Positions 40,834 through 50,309 are shown, counted from the stretch's first letter. The stretch: 64,000 nt of DNA from an uncultured Planctomycetota bacterium (GCA_963849325.1 CAWKHF010000010.1:32001-96000), one strand, 5' to 3'. Notes: generated by a model not told the origin, from the letters alone. Program-made: numbers and translations.

Positions 40834-42399
40834 ATGCCACAGTTAGAATTCGACTGGAATCCTGAGCCGCAAAGCCGGCTAGAACTGCTCACCGTCGAGG
40901 ACATCTTTGAACAAGCTGACCAGCAATTGCTTGAGGCTCTCAGAGAAGACCGGAGGTTAGAAAGGAAGCCTCCAGGCTACTCAGGTGAACCCCTAGGCGA
41001 GTACCTCTCCATGTGGGCCAACACCGCGCCCGATGGAGGGTTGATCTGCTTGGGAATGGAGGATGATGGTACACTGACGGGGTGCCATTCTCTCAGCCAG
41101 ATTCAACTGAATAGATTAGAGGCACTGCAAGACCTGTGCCCAGATGCCCGATGCGAGACGAAGCGCATTGGCATTAGCACGCCAGACGGAACCGCGAGTT
41201 ATGTGGTGCTTGTCCGCGTGCGTTACCAAAAAGAGCGAGTTGCCAAGACACCGCAGGGCAAAGCATTTATCCGGCGCGCTGATCGCAAACACAAACTTTC
41301 GGCAGAAGAAGTCAGGGAGCTTTCGGTTGATAAAGGCGAAGTGCAATTCGAGCAAGAGCCGTGCAAGCAGATCGTATATCCGCAAGATTACGACCATGAT
41401 GCGATTCGATCATTTGCGGCTAGTCTCCGGGAACGCCTAGAATTAGTCACTCAGATTTCTGACGAAGAGGTTCTTGCTGTAAGGCACTTGGGGACTGTTG
41501 GCACGGACGGTAAATTCCTCCCTAACATTGCTTGCGCTTTACTCTTCGCAAATGAGCCGGACAAGGTGGTTCCTGGATGTAAAATTAGGTTTCTGCGGTT
41601 CGACGGAGAAACGGAAGGTACGGGTGATAGGTTCAATGCAGTCAAAGATATTTGGATCGAAGGTCTGAGTGTCCCACGATTGATCCACAAGGCCGAACAG
41701 ATTCTTGACGCACATATCAGGACGTTTGCACCGCTTGAAAAGGACAAGAAGTTTCGTGCCTCTCCAGAGTATCCAAAGGCTGCATGGTATGAGGCCATAG
41801 TGAACGCTTGCGTTCACAGGTCGTATGGGAATGGGCTGCGGAATATGACCATTTATGTGAAGATGTTCGACGACAGACTGGTAATAGAAAGTCCTGGTCC
41901 TTTCTTGCCCTTCGTGACTCCCAAGAATATCTACGGAACATCTAACCCGCGCAATCCGAAGTTGATGGGAGCTATGTACTTCATGAATTTCGTAAAAATG
42001 GCCGCAGAGGGAACAAGACGAATGCGAGATACGATGAAAGCAGCAAACCTTCCCGAACCTGAGTTCGCGCAGAAAGAGGAAATAAGTTATTCGCGGGTTC
42101 GCGTTACCTTGCGAAACAATATCCGCCAGCGGCGAGTGTGGGTTGACCTTGATGCGGTAGCGATAGTCGGAGCTGCCCTTGCAAGTAGTTTGGACGAAAA
42201 GGAGAAACGAATCATCAACTACACTGCTGAACACGGAAAAATTAATGTAACGGACGCAGCTCGAATTGCCGAAGTCGGCTGGGCAACAGCCAAGCGGATT
42301 CTTGAACGATTGGTGAAGCGAAGTATCCTTGAACATCACCACAGCGCGAATATCGAGCGCGATAGCAAGGCATTCTACAAGCTACCAGCGGTCAAGTAA
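40834..42399 (+). CDS. Schlafen/AlbA_2 + HATPase_c_4 (RecG-C-like) + winged-HTH protein
   Basis: EDRRLERK (E-x4-E-x-K), WANT..GG...GMEDDG, EAIVNACVHRSY, ESPG, PRNP, and a C-terminal wHTH. Confidence 0.85.
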   Translation: MPQLEFDWNPEPQSRLELLTVEDIFEQADQQLLEALREDRRLERKPPGYSGEPLGEYLSMWANTAPDGGLICLGMEDDGTLTGCHSLSQIQLNRLEALQDLCPDARCETKRIGISTPDGTASYVVLVRVRYQKERVAKTPQGKAFIRRADRKHKLSAEEVRELSVDKGEVQFEQEPCKQIVYPQDYDHDAIRSFAASLRERLELVTQISDEEVLAVRHLGTVGTDGKFLPNIACALLFANEPDKVVPGCKIRFLRFDGETEGTGDRFNAVKDIWIEGLSVPRLIHKAEQILDAHIRTFAPLEKDKKFRASPEYPKAAWYEAIVNACVHRSYGNGLRNMTIYVKMFDDRLVIESPGPFLPFVTPKNIYGTSNPRNPKLMGAMYFMNFVKMAAEGTRRMRDTMKAANLPEPEFAQKEEISYSRVRVTLRNNIRQRRVWVDLDAVAIVGAALASSLDEKEKRIINYTAEHGKINVTDAARIAEVGWATAKRILERLVKRSILEHHHSANIERDSKAFYKLPAVK

Positions 42400-42495
42400 T
42401 AGAAATCAACCTTGAATGCGTTGCAGCCAGCCTCAAAACATTGCAGCTCGCCAATGCGTTGCAAAGCTGCCCCATCGGTCAGGCGCAGCGTTTTG

Positions 42496-43551
42496 TCAGA
42501 TGGGCTTGGGGATCTTGGCCTGTTCCAGGTTGAGCAAATATTGCTTACGCCGTAGACCGCCGCCATAGCCGCCGAGAGCGCCGCTCTTGTTGACGACGCG
42601 GTGACACGGGATCAGGATGCCGATTCGGTTGAACCCGTTCGCGCGGCCGACCGCCCGCACCGCCTTCGGATCGCCGATGGCCGCCGCCAACTCGTGATAC
42701 GAACGGGTCTCGCCGTAAGGGATAAGTAACAACTGCTCCCAGACTCGCCGCTGGAAGGGCGTGCCGGGGAACACCAGCGGGACCGAAAACTCGCGGAGGG
42801 TGCCGGCGAAGTAGCTGTCGAGTTCCACCCGCAGCCGTTCGAGGTGCGGGTGGGCGCCGGGCAACACCGGCACCCGGAACAACCGCCGCACCGTCTCGAA
42901 CTGAGCCTCCAGCATCCGCCGATCCGTAAACTCCAGCAAACAGACTCCGCCGTCGGTGGCACCGGCCACGAGTGGGCCGAGCGGACTCTGCAACCAGGAG
43001 AGGAACACGCAGTCGTGGCCATGGCAGTCGCCCGGCGTGCAACCGACCGACTGCCCGAACGCCTCGCGGAAGCCGCTGAGAGATTCGTAGCCACTGGAAT
43101 AGGCGGCGCCGTCCAACGTCCCTCCGTTTCGGATGTCGGTGAAGGCGACCGAAAGCCGTCGGGCACGGGTGTAAGCCTGGAACGTCATGCCGTAGTGTTT
43201 GAGGAAGTGACGGCGGACGGTCGCCGGATCGATGCCGAGAGCCTGAAGGTTGCCATCGGTGATTCGCGCGGAAGGCTCGGCCTCGACCCGCGCCAGGAGC
43301 GCCGTCGCCCATTCCGGCTGGTTCGCCAGGGCCATCGGCCGACAGCGCTTGCACGGTCGGTAGCCGGCAAAGAGCGCTGTGGCGGCTGACGGGAAGTATT
43401 CGACGTTCTTGGGCAATGGACTCCGTGCGGGGCACGTCGGGCGGCAGAAGATTCCGGTCGTGCGGACCGCAACGAAGAAGATGCCATCGTAGGCGGGATC
43501 TCGGCGGAGATACGCCCTTTCCATTTCGACGACGGGTGGAAGTGTGTTCAT
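42496..43551 (-). CDS. ada: Bifunctional Ada regulator / O6-methylguanine-DNA methyltransferase
   Basis: TTGIFCRPTCP, RPCKRC, AraC HTH and IPCHRV active site. Confidence 0.95.
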   Translation of the reverse strand: MNTLPPVVEMERAYLRRDPAYDGIFFVAVRTTGIFCRPTCPARSPLPKNVEYFPSAATALFAGYRPCKRCRPMALANQPEWATALLARVEAEPSARITDGNLQALGIDPATVRRHFLKHYGMTFQAYTRARRLSVAFTDIRNGGTLDGAAYSSGYESLSGFREAFGQSVGCTPGDCHGHDCVFLSWLQSPLGPLVAGATDGGVCLLEFTDRRMLEAQFETVRRLFRVPVLPGAHPHLERLRVELDSYFAGTLREFSVPLVFPGTPFQRRVWEQLLLIPYGETRSYHELAAAIGDPKAVRAVGRANGFNRIGILIPCHRVVNKSGALGGYGGGLRRKQYLLNLEQAKIPKPI

Positions 43552-43641
43552 GCCGTAGATGTATCACGTCAACCGACCGTATCGCTACCGGTTTTCAGGC
43601 GCGGTCATCGGAAACTTCATCCCCCGCGGATTCCTCTACCG

Positions 43642-43684
43642 CCGAACCCTTTCTTCGAGCGCGGCGGCGGACCCTAACACCGCT
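43642..43684. repeat. 43-bp imperfect direct repeat, copy 1
   Basis: 37/43 identical to 44187-44229, with the first 20 bp identical. Confidence 0.8.
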
Positions 43685-43781
43685 TCCGGCGTCTTCGACT
43701 GTGACTTTCGACGCCTCGATGACTGCAGTGTGGACACCAAAGTTACCGGCTTACTCTTCTCGTGCCAAGAGGCGACTGCGG

Positions 43782-44171
43782 TTAAAAGCGAATCCCTTCC
43801 GCGGTGAAGAACGAAGTTGCCAGCCAATTCAGGCCATGCCAACCGGCGGACAACAACCATACAACGCCTACAACCACGCCGAACACTCCGAGCCGGCCAC
43901 GCTTTCCTGCCCAACACAACGCCACGTAAGCCAAACCCTCCATCGCTATCGCTGTGCCAATGTACGGCCGGAAATGGCGGGCGACGTACTTGTCGATAGC
44001 CAGCCGCTCCGGGATGTCGAGGTCGGTGCCCCACTGGGATAAATCCAGTTCACTGACCCGCTGCTCGCCAGCGGCCACCACCGCCCAAGCAGCCAGGACG
44101 AAGCCAAGCGCCAGCAGGGGCAGTATCCAGTTCCGCTTGAAGAGCCAACTCGTAGCAGATGCGGTTGCCAT
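43782..44171 (-). CDS. Small hypothetical membrane protein (3 TM)
   Basis: AAGGAGG RBS before MATASATSWLFKRNWILPLL. Fused to the upstream ORF in the track, probably by an indel. Confidence 0.65.
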   Translation of the reverse strand: MATASATSWLFKRNWILPLLALGFVLAAWAVVAAGEQRVSELDLSQWGTDLDIPERLAIDKYVARHFRPYIGTAIAMEGLAYVALCWAGKRGRLGVFGVVVGVVWLLSAGWHGLNWLATSFFTAEGIRF

Positions 44172-44186
44172 CCGTGGCCTCCTTCT

Positions 44187-44229
44187 CCGAACCCTTTCTT
44201 CGAGCGTGCTGGCGCACCCGAACGCCGCT
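44187..44229. repeat. 43-bp imperfect direct repeat, copy 2
   Basis: Matches 43642-43684. Confidence 0.8.
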
Positions 44230-44238
44230 ATCTCAAGC

Positions 44239-45176
44239 TCATGGTGATCCTCCGCTAAGCGACATCTTCCTGGTTGCCGGTTTCCCACGGTCGAAGCGTT
44301 GGGCAGGGACGAGAATGGAAACGGCCGACGTTTGCCGAGGCACAACTGGACGGGCCGCACCACTTCCACGGCGGGCCGGAAGGTCAGCCGGCAAAGGAGG
44401 GCGGTCTCGGCGTCCAGCTCGCGGGCGGCCTCCTGCCAGTCGGGCAGCCAGCAGACCAGTTCGTACTGGCCGGGTGGCACCTGTGCCAGCGCGAAATGGC
44501 CGTCGGCATCGCTCCAGGTGTAATAGGGATGATCGTCCACGAAGAGCCGGCCGCGCATCCAGAAATACCCGCAGCCGCTCGCCAGCTCAACGATGCCGGG
44601 GCGGTCGAAGTGCTGCGTGCGTGGTTGATCGGGGTCGGGGAAGGTGCGCGTGAAGAAGGCGGCGCCCCGGACCTGGAGAGCGTGGAAAATATTCTGGCGC
44701 GAGACCAACGTGACCGGTTCGCCGCGATGGACGAAGCCGCACGGGCGCTCCGCATCGCCCTGGTAGACGTGGACCTGGTAGTCGCGCAGCTCGACGCGGA
44801 CGGGCGGATGGTCCCAGGGTCGCCCCCCGTATGGATCGATGCCGCGCAGGAACACGACCGCGCCGGCCACGGCTTTCGTCCGCGGATCGATGCGCGGCGC
44901 GTTGGGGTTGGGCCAATCGCGGCGGGGGCCGCCGCTGTGTTCCACGCCCGGGCTGACCGGGGCGCGATAGGGCGGCACCACGGGGAGCGCTCCATCCCAG
45001 GTCACGCGGCCCTCGATCGATCCGGCCGACGCGGGGTCGAAATCGCGGCCAGTCTCCGGGACGGGATCGGCCGGTGTCTCGGGAAGGGGGGTGCTATCCT
45101 CGCAGCCGGACGCGATAGCCGCGCCAAGCAAAACCAGACAGCCGATGAGCCGCAGCGAGGAGAATCCGTACACCAT
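44239..45176 (-). CDS. Lipoprotein with carboxypeptidase-regulatory-like/cupredoxin-like domains (3' end approximate)
   Basis: Lipobox ASGC, GSIEGRVTW, DHPYY, DGHFAL..VPPGQYELVCW. Confidence 0.75.
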
Positions 45177-45330
45177 TACCCCATCCCGCGAAAAGGAGTG
45201 GACCCGCCGAAGAGGCGCAGTCCGGGCGCGGCCTGGGGTGTACACCAGATTGATGCGGCCGGACAAGAGAGAATTCCAGGGCAGGCGGCGCAGTCAGACC
45301 ACGCTGGACCGAAAATAGGGAGAATGGAGC

Positions 45331-46005
45331 ATGCGCGAAAAGGCCATCGTATCGTGGAGCGGCGGCAAGGACAGCGCCCTGGCGCTCTACGAGGCCGCCG
45401 AAGAATACAACATCGTCGCACTGCTCACCACCGTGACCAGCGAGTACGATCGCATCAGCATGCATGGCGTGCGGACGTGTCTGCTCGAACAGCAGGCGGA
45501 GGCGCTGGGCTATCCGCTGGAGCAGGTCGGCATTCCGCCGCGCTGCGGCAACGACGAGTACGAGGCTCGGATGCGCGCGGCGCTGGCGCGGCATCGTTCG
45601 GCCGGCGTCTCGCGCGTCATCTGCGGCGACATCTTCCTGCAAGACGTGCGACGCTACCGCGAGGAGCGCTTGCTGGGCGAGGGACTCACGGGCGTCTTCC
45701 CGCTGTGGCAGCGCGACAGCGGCGAGTTGGCCCGTCGCTTCATCGGCCTGGGTTTCCGCGCCGTGTTGTGTTGCGTCGATACGCAGGCCATCAACGCGCG
45801 TTTCGCCGGGCGCGTCTACGACGAGAGTTTGCTGGCCGAGCTACCGCCAACGGCCGATGTCTGCGGCGAGAACGGCGAGTTCCATACCTTCGTCTTCGCC
45901 GGCCCGAACTTTGCCCGGCCGGTGCCGTACACGCTCGGCGAGTACGTTCTCCGCGAGGGGCGCTTCGGTTATCGGGACTTGTTGCCGGTCGAAATCCGAG
46001 CCTGA
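45331..46005 (+). CDS. Diphthine-ammonia ligase-like PP-loop ATPase (MJ0570 family)
   Basis: SWSGGKDS, GDIFL, FPLW and CGENGEFHTFV motifs. Confidence 0.9.
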   Translation: MREKAIVSWSGGKDSALALYEAAEEYNIVALLTTVTSEYDRISMHGVRTCLLEQQAEALGYPLEQVGIPPRCGNDEYEARMRAALARHRSAGVSRVICGDIFLQDVRRYREERLLGEGLTGVFPLWQRDSGELARRFIGLGFRAVLCCVDTQAINARFAGRVYDESLLAELPPTADVCGENGEFHTFVFAGPNFARPVPYTLGEYVLREGRFGYRDLLPVEIRA

Positions 46006-46049
46006 AGCGTAAGCGAAGAAATCCCTTCGCTTACGCTTCAGGCTCGGAT
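45994..46049. repeat. REP-like palindrome, same family as 11307-11363; supplies the stop codon of the upstream gene
   Basis: atccgagcctgaagcgtaagcgaag / cttcgcttacgcttcaggctcggat. Confidence 0.9.
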
Positions 46050-46252
46050 CATTTCGTGAACCCGGCGAGCGTCCACTGCGTAAAATGAAATAGAAGAGGT
46101 CTCACGGCCTTCGCCCCCTGACACGTCTTGACGGCGGGCAAGCCTCGGAACGGCCCTCTTCCATACGGAACCCTCAACCTCCGGTCCTTCGTGCCCCGCT
46201 CAGTCCGCGCGCCGGCCTGACCGTGGGCCGTCACCTGAAAGGATCCACATCG

Positions 46253-47809
46253 ATGGGACGAAAGAGTATCGTCAGCGTCTGTCTCTCGGCCGGCGTCCTG
46301 GCCGGCACCATCCTCGGCGGCTCATTCCTCAAGGGACAGGTCCAGCCGTCCCCCGCCGCTCCGCCCGAAGTGACGTCTTTCCGCGACGTGGTTCAGAAAG
46401 TCCTGCCCGCCGTCGTCAGCATCGAACGGCGTTTCAAGCCCGTCGCCCACACCAGGGCATCCGATTCCGCCGCTCAACCGGAACAAATGCGGAAGTTTTT
46501 CAAGGAATTCTCCCTGCCCGGCTCTACCGACCGGCAGCTTCCCGACGACCTGCGTAAATTCTTCGAGCAATTCCAGAATCAGCCGTTCGACATGCCCGAG
46601 ACGCCGCGACGCCAGCATGGCTTCGGCTCCGGCTTCCTTATCGACCCCAGCGGCGTGATTGTCACCAACCATCATGTCGTGGACGGCGCCGACGAGGTGG
46701 TGGTCGAGCTGCGCGACGGCCGCAAGTTCGTCTCGCACGACATCAAGAGCGATCCGAAAACCGACCTGGCCATCGTCCGCATCCACAGTAAGGAGCCGCT
46801 GCCCTCGCTGTCGTTCGGCGACAGCGGCCAGATGGAGATTGGCGATCGCGTGCTGGCCGTCGGCGCGCCGTTCGGCCTGGCGGGCACGGTCACGTCCGGC
46901 ATCGTCAGCGCCAAGGGCCGCAACATTCACCTGAACATGTACGAGGATTTCTTGCAGACCGATGCAGCCATTAATCCCGGCAACAGCGGCGGCCCGCTGG
47001 TCAACGTGCGCGGCGAAGTGATTGGCGTCAACTCGGCGATCAAGAGCCGCAGCGGCGGCTTCCAGGGCGTCGGATTGGCCATCGCTTCCAACCTGACCCG
47101 CACGATCACGCGGCAGCTGCTTCAGGATGGTGTGGTGCATCGCGGTTATCTCGGCGTGCAGATCAAAGACCTCGATGCCGCGGTAGCCGCTCGCCTCGGT
47201 CTGGACAAGCACAAGGGCGTGCTGGTGGCGAAGGTGTTCGATGCTTCGCCGGCCGCCAAGGCCGGCCTGAAGGACGGCAACGTCGTCACGGCGCTGGCCG
47301 GCAAGCCGGTCGAGAATGGCCGTGATTTACAAACCGTCGTCGCTGCTCTCCCGCTGAACAAGCCGGTGAGCGTGACCATCGTGCGCGATGGCGCATCCAG
47401 GGAACTGCACGTGACGGTTGCGGAACAGCCGTCCGAGTTCGGGGTGGCCAAGGAGACGCCGCGGCAGGGGCCGAAAACAGAGAAGAAGACGGAGGAGCTG
47501 GACAAGCTCGGCATCGAGGTCGCGGACCTGACGCCGGAGATGGCGAAGCAGCTCGGCCACAAGGAGGGGACCACTGGCGTCGTCATCATGAGGGTGCAGC
47601 CGGACAGCCTGGCCGCGGAGGCGGGACTGCGTCGCGGCATGTTGCTGGTCAAGGTGGACCGTAAGGCCGTCAAGGACGCCGCGGCCGTGCGCGAGGTCGT
47701 CGCCAAGGCGGCGCTCGACAAGGGCGTTCTGCTGCAAGTGCGGACCTCCGAGGGCGCCACGGATTTCGTGCTGGTCAAGGTGCCGACGGCGACCGCCGAG
47801 AAGAAATAA
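46253..47809 (+). CDS. HtrA/DegP-family serine protease with two PDZ domains
   Basis: GSGF, TNHHV, DLAIV and INPGNSGGPL motifs, two PDZ domains. Confidence 0.95.
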   Translation: MGRKSIVSVCLSAGVLAGTILGGSFLKGQVQPSPAAPPEVTSFRDVVQKVLPAVVSIERRFKPVAHTRASDSAAQPEQMRKFFKEFSLPGSTDRQLPDDLRKFFEQFQNQPFDMPETPRRQHGFGSGFLIDPSGVIVTNHHVVDGADEVVVELRDGRKFVSHDIKSDPKTDLAIVRIHSKEPLPSLSFGDSGQMEIGDRVLAVGAPFGLAGTVTSGIVSAKGRNIHLNMYEDFLQTDAAINPGNSGGPLVNVRGEVIGVNSAIKSRSGGFQGVGLAIASNLTRTITRQLLQDGVVHRGYLGVQIKDLDAAVAARLGLDKHKGVLVAKVFDASPAAKAGLKDGNVVTALAGKPVENGRDLQTVVAALPLNKPVSVTIVRDGASRELHVTVAEQPSEFGVAKETPRQGPKTEKKTEELDKLGIEVADLTPEMAKQLGHKEGTTGVVIMRVQPDSLAAEAGLRRGMLLVKVDRKAVKDAAAVREVVAKAALDKGVLLQVRTSEGATDFVLVKVPTATAEKK

Positions 47810-47840
47810 AAAAAGCGAACGGACAGGAAACCGTCGGATT

Positions 47841-47884
47841 CCGCAGCGTCAGCGAGGGAAGGTCAACCCTGGCTGACGCTGCGG
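47841..47884. repeat. REP-like hairpin or terminator downstream of htrA
   Basis: ccgcagcgtcagc / gctgacgctgcgg. Confidence 0.65.
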
Positions 47885-48024
47885 GCTCTTTTCGGTGTAT
47901 GATGATGGGAACGGCCCAGTCGGCGAGCGAAAGCCGCCATGCTTGGCCGTTGTCTCCAGGAGGGTTCGCCTCCGAGACGAGAATCAGAGGACGGCCTCGT
48001 CCCCCTCATCGCAAGGAGGCTCCC

Positions 48025-48960
48025 ATGCCCTCGGAACGCGCCGCCCAGTACACGGCCCTGAGCGACGACATCCAGGCGTTTCGCCATTACATCCAGTCCG
48101 AGCGCGGCCTGGCCGCGAACACCCTGCTGGCCTACGGCCGTGACCTCGACCGCTACGCGCAATGGGTCGCCGGCGATGGTTTGGCGTCCTACCTGTCGCC
48201 CAGCTTGCGCGACCTGAGCCACTACCTCGAATTCCTGCGCGGCGAACGTCTGGCGCCGCCGAGCGTCGCCCGTCACCTCGTCGCCCTGAAAATGTTCTAC
48301 CGCTTCCTCCGCCTGGAGGAGCGCACCACGGAGAGCACGGTTGAGCTGCTCAGTTCGCCGGCCCTGTGGGAACGCATCCCGCACGTGCTCAGTCCCGACA
48401 GCGTGACGAAACTGCTGGCGGCGCCGCAGCCGCTGGACCGCTATTTCTTGCGCGACCGGGCCATTCTGGAGACGCTTTACGCCACCGGCAGCCGGGCGTC
48501 GGAGGTGGTCGGGCTGAAGATGGAGGATCTGTACCTGGATTCGGCCTTCTGCAAGTGCTTCGGCAAAGGCAGCAAGCAGCGCATCGTACCGCTGGGTCGT
48601 CCGGCGATTGCCGCGCTGCGGAGTTATCTGGAAGAACTGCGGCCGCGTCTGGTGCGGACGGCGCAGGAGGCACCGTGGGTGTTCGTCAGTCGCGGCGGAC
48701 GAGTACTGACGCGCGAAATGCTGTGGATACTGGTCAAGAAGTACGTCCAGCGTGCCGGCATCAACGGCAAGGTCAGTCCGCACACGCTGCGGCACAGTTT
48801 CGCCACGCACCTGCTGGCCGGCGGCGCCGACCTTCGCACCGTACAGGAGCTACTCGGCCATGCCAACATCCGCACCACCCAGCAGTACACGCACGTCGAT
48901 CGAGAGCGCCTTCGTGCCATCCACCGCCAGTTTCATCCGCGCGGCAACTCCGAGTTCTGA
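48025..48960 (+). CDS. xerD: Site-specific tyrosine recombinase XerD
   Basis: AAGGAGG RBS, LYATGSRASE, GKGSKQRIVP, HTLRHSFATH, LLGHA, TTQQYTHV and HPR tail. Confidence 0.92.
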   Translation: MPSERAAQYTALSDDIQAFRHYIQSERGLAANTLLAYGRDLDRYAQWVAGDGLASYLSPSLRDLSHYLEFLRGERLAPPSVARHLVALKMFYRFLRLEERTTESTVELLSSPALWERIPHVLSPDSVTKLLAAPQPLDRYFLRDRAILETLYATGSRASEVVGLKMEDLYLDSAFCKCFGKGSKQRIVPLGRPAIAALRSYLEELRPRLVRTAQEAPWVFVSRGGRVLTREMLWILVKKYVQRAGINGKVSPHTLRHSFATHLLAGGADLRTVQELLGHANIRTTQQYTHVDRERLRAIHRQFHPRGNSEF

Positions 48961-49007
48961 GTTCTGAGTGAAAAACGAGGGTTCTTTTTCACTCAGAACT
49001 CGGAACT
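48952..49007. repeat. Heptamer-iterated inverted repeat (GAGTTCT)n / (AGAACTC)n overlapping xerD stop
   Basis: gagttctgagtgaaaaa / tttttcactcagaactc. Confidence 0.75.
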
Positions 49008-49142
49008 TGATTTTTTCAGGGGGCGAGCTTGATGACCTCCGGCGGGATAGGATGCGGCACCGCCTCGGCCGGCATCTTGGCCAGGACTTTGCGAACGGGC
49101 TTCGTCGGCCAGGGCACGGACCAACAATAGGCATACTTCTCT

Positions 49143-50204
49143 TCATCGTGCCGGCGGCGGATTCTTGATGCCGCGGTCCTCCATCACCTTGTTCAGTTGC
49201 TTGATGATGGAGTCGATCGATCGCAGCTTGTCGTCCAGCAGTTTGCCGCCGCTGAGGCTCGTCCGCGCGATGGTCATCGTGCCGGTGTTTTTCAAATCGA
49301 CCTTCTTGCCGTTGGCGAATTGGAGGGCGTTCATGTAGTTCTTCGCCAGGTTGAAGGCGTTCTGGTCGCCGTCGCCGAAGACGAAGGCGGTGGGGATCTT
49401 GCTTTCGCGGGCCACGTCCACCAGGGCCGAACGGACGGCCTGGCTGACGGAGCGGCCGGCCAACGAGGGACTGATGGACAGCCAGATGGCTCCGGCGAAG
49501 TCCTTGCTCTCCGGCTCGTCCAGGTTCAGAAAGCGGGGATTGGACAACTGTCCCAATCCCACGGGCAGGCGGTCGGAATCCTTGTCCTTCTGCCGGCGGC
49601 ATTCGGCGGCCATCCACATGGCGCCCAGGGCGGCGCCGTCGCCGGCGCCGATGACGAACAGGTTGGAGGTATTGACGTCGCCGTTATCGTTGCGCACGTC
49701 CAGGTAGGCCCGGGCCGAGGCGATGTCGTTGATCAGCATGTTGTAATAAATGTTGGGGAAGTTTTTCTGATTGATCGCCGCCGCCGGCTGCTTGGCGCCG
49801 CCGTGAAATTCTTTGAGGATGTGGTTGGACCGGAAAGACCAGAACTTGATACCGACCGAGGTGCTGCCGCCGAAGCCGCGGAAGTCAAACTGCAGGACGG
49901 CGTAGCCTTCCTTTTGCAGACGAGCGGCCAGGTTGTCCCAGCCGTCCTTGTGACTGCCGCCGCCGCCGCGATGCGTGAAATCGTGGAGCAGGAGCACCGT
50001 CGCTTCCTTGTCTTTCTTCCCCGCCGCGGGCACGCTGGGATAGAACGTGCCGGATAGCTCCATGTTGTCGAACGTCGGCATCGTGACGCGGCTGGACTCG
50101 ACTTTCTCTTTCTCGTCCGCGGCCCAGCCACGGCCCGTCCCGGCCAGCATGGCCAGGGAGAGACCCACCCCCAGGGCGAGACGTGAACGCAACAAGGTCC
50201 GCAT
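49143..50204 (-). CDS. Secreted alpha/beta-hydrolase-fold protein lacking the canonical serine
   Basis: Signal peptide, VLLLHD, FDFRGFGGS, elbow VIGAGDGA. Confidence 0.8.
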   Translation of the reverse strand: MRTLLRSRLALGVGLSLAMLAGTGRGWAADEKEKVESSRVTMPTFDNMELSGTFYPSVPAAGKKDKEATVLLLHDFTHRGGGGSHKDGWDNLAARLQKEGYAVLQFDFRGFGGSTSVGIKFWSFRSNHILKEFHGGAKQPAAAINQKNFPNIYYNMLINDIASARAYLDVRNDNGDVNTSNLFVIGAGDGAALGAMWMAAECRRQKDKDSDRLPVGLGQLSNPRFLNLDEPESKDFAGAIWLSISPSLAGRSVSQAVRSALVDVARESKIPTAFVFGDGDQNAFNLAKNYMNALQFANGKKVDLKNTGTMTIARTSLSGGKLLDDKLRSIDSIIKQLNKVMEDRGIKNPPPAR

Positions 50205-50309
50205 GTCGATCCCCTCTTAAATGACGTGCTCCCCACCGATATACTTGTGATCTTAAAGCCTGCTCGCGCCGGTCAAGCAACAGCGGGTCGCCTCGGAGGG
50301 AGGATCGGC

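Larger units (their letters stand above)
39028..42468. mobile_element. Cargo-carrying IS4/IS5-superfamily transposon (3441 bp)
   Basis: TIRs agctttgcaacgcattg (39028-39044) and caatgcgttgcaaagct (42452-42468). Flanks gctccatcg (39019-39027) and gccccatcg (42469-42477). Encloses a DDE transposase and has lower GC. Confidence 0.88.

Noticed and set aside
43782-45266. 494-aa fusion of lipoprotein and membrane protein in the ORF track
   Set aside because: An internal strong RBS and ATG near 44171 and a non-protein-like junction suggest two genes joined by an indel.
48025-48960. Tyrosine recombinase as integrase of an island or integron
   Set aside because: It has typical XerD motifs and host-like GC, lacks the IntI insertion, and has no att sites or attC array nearby.
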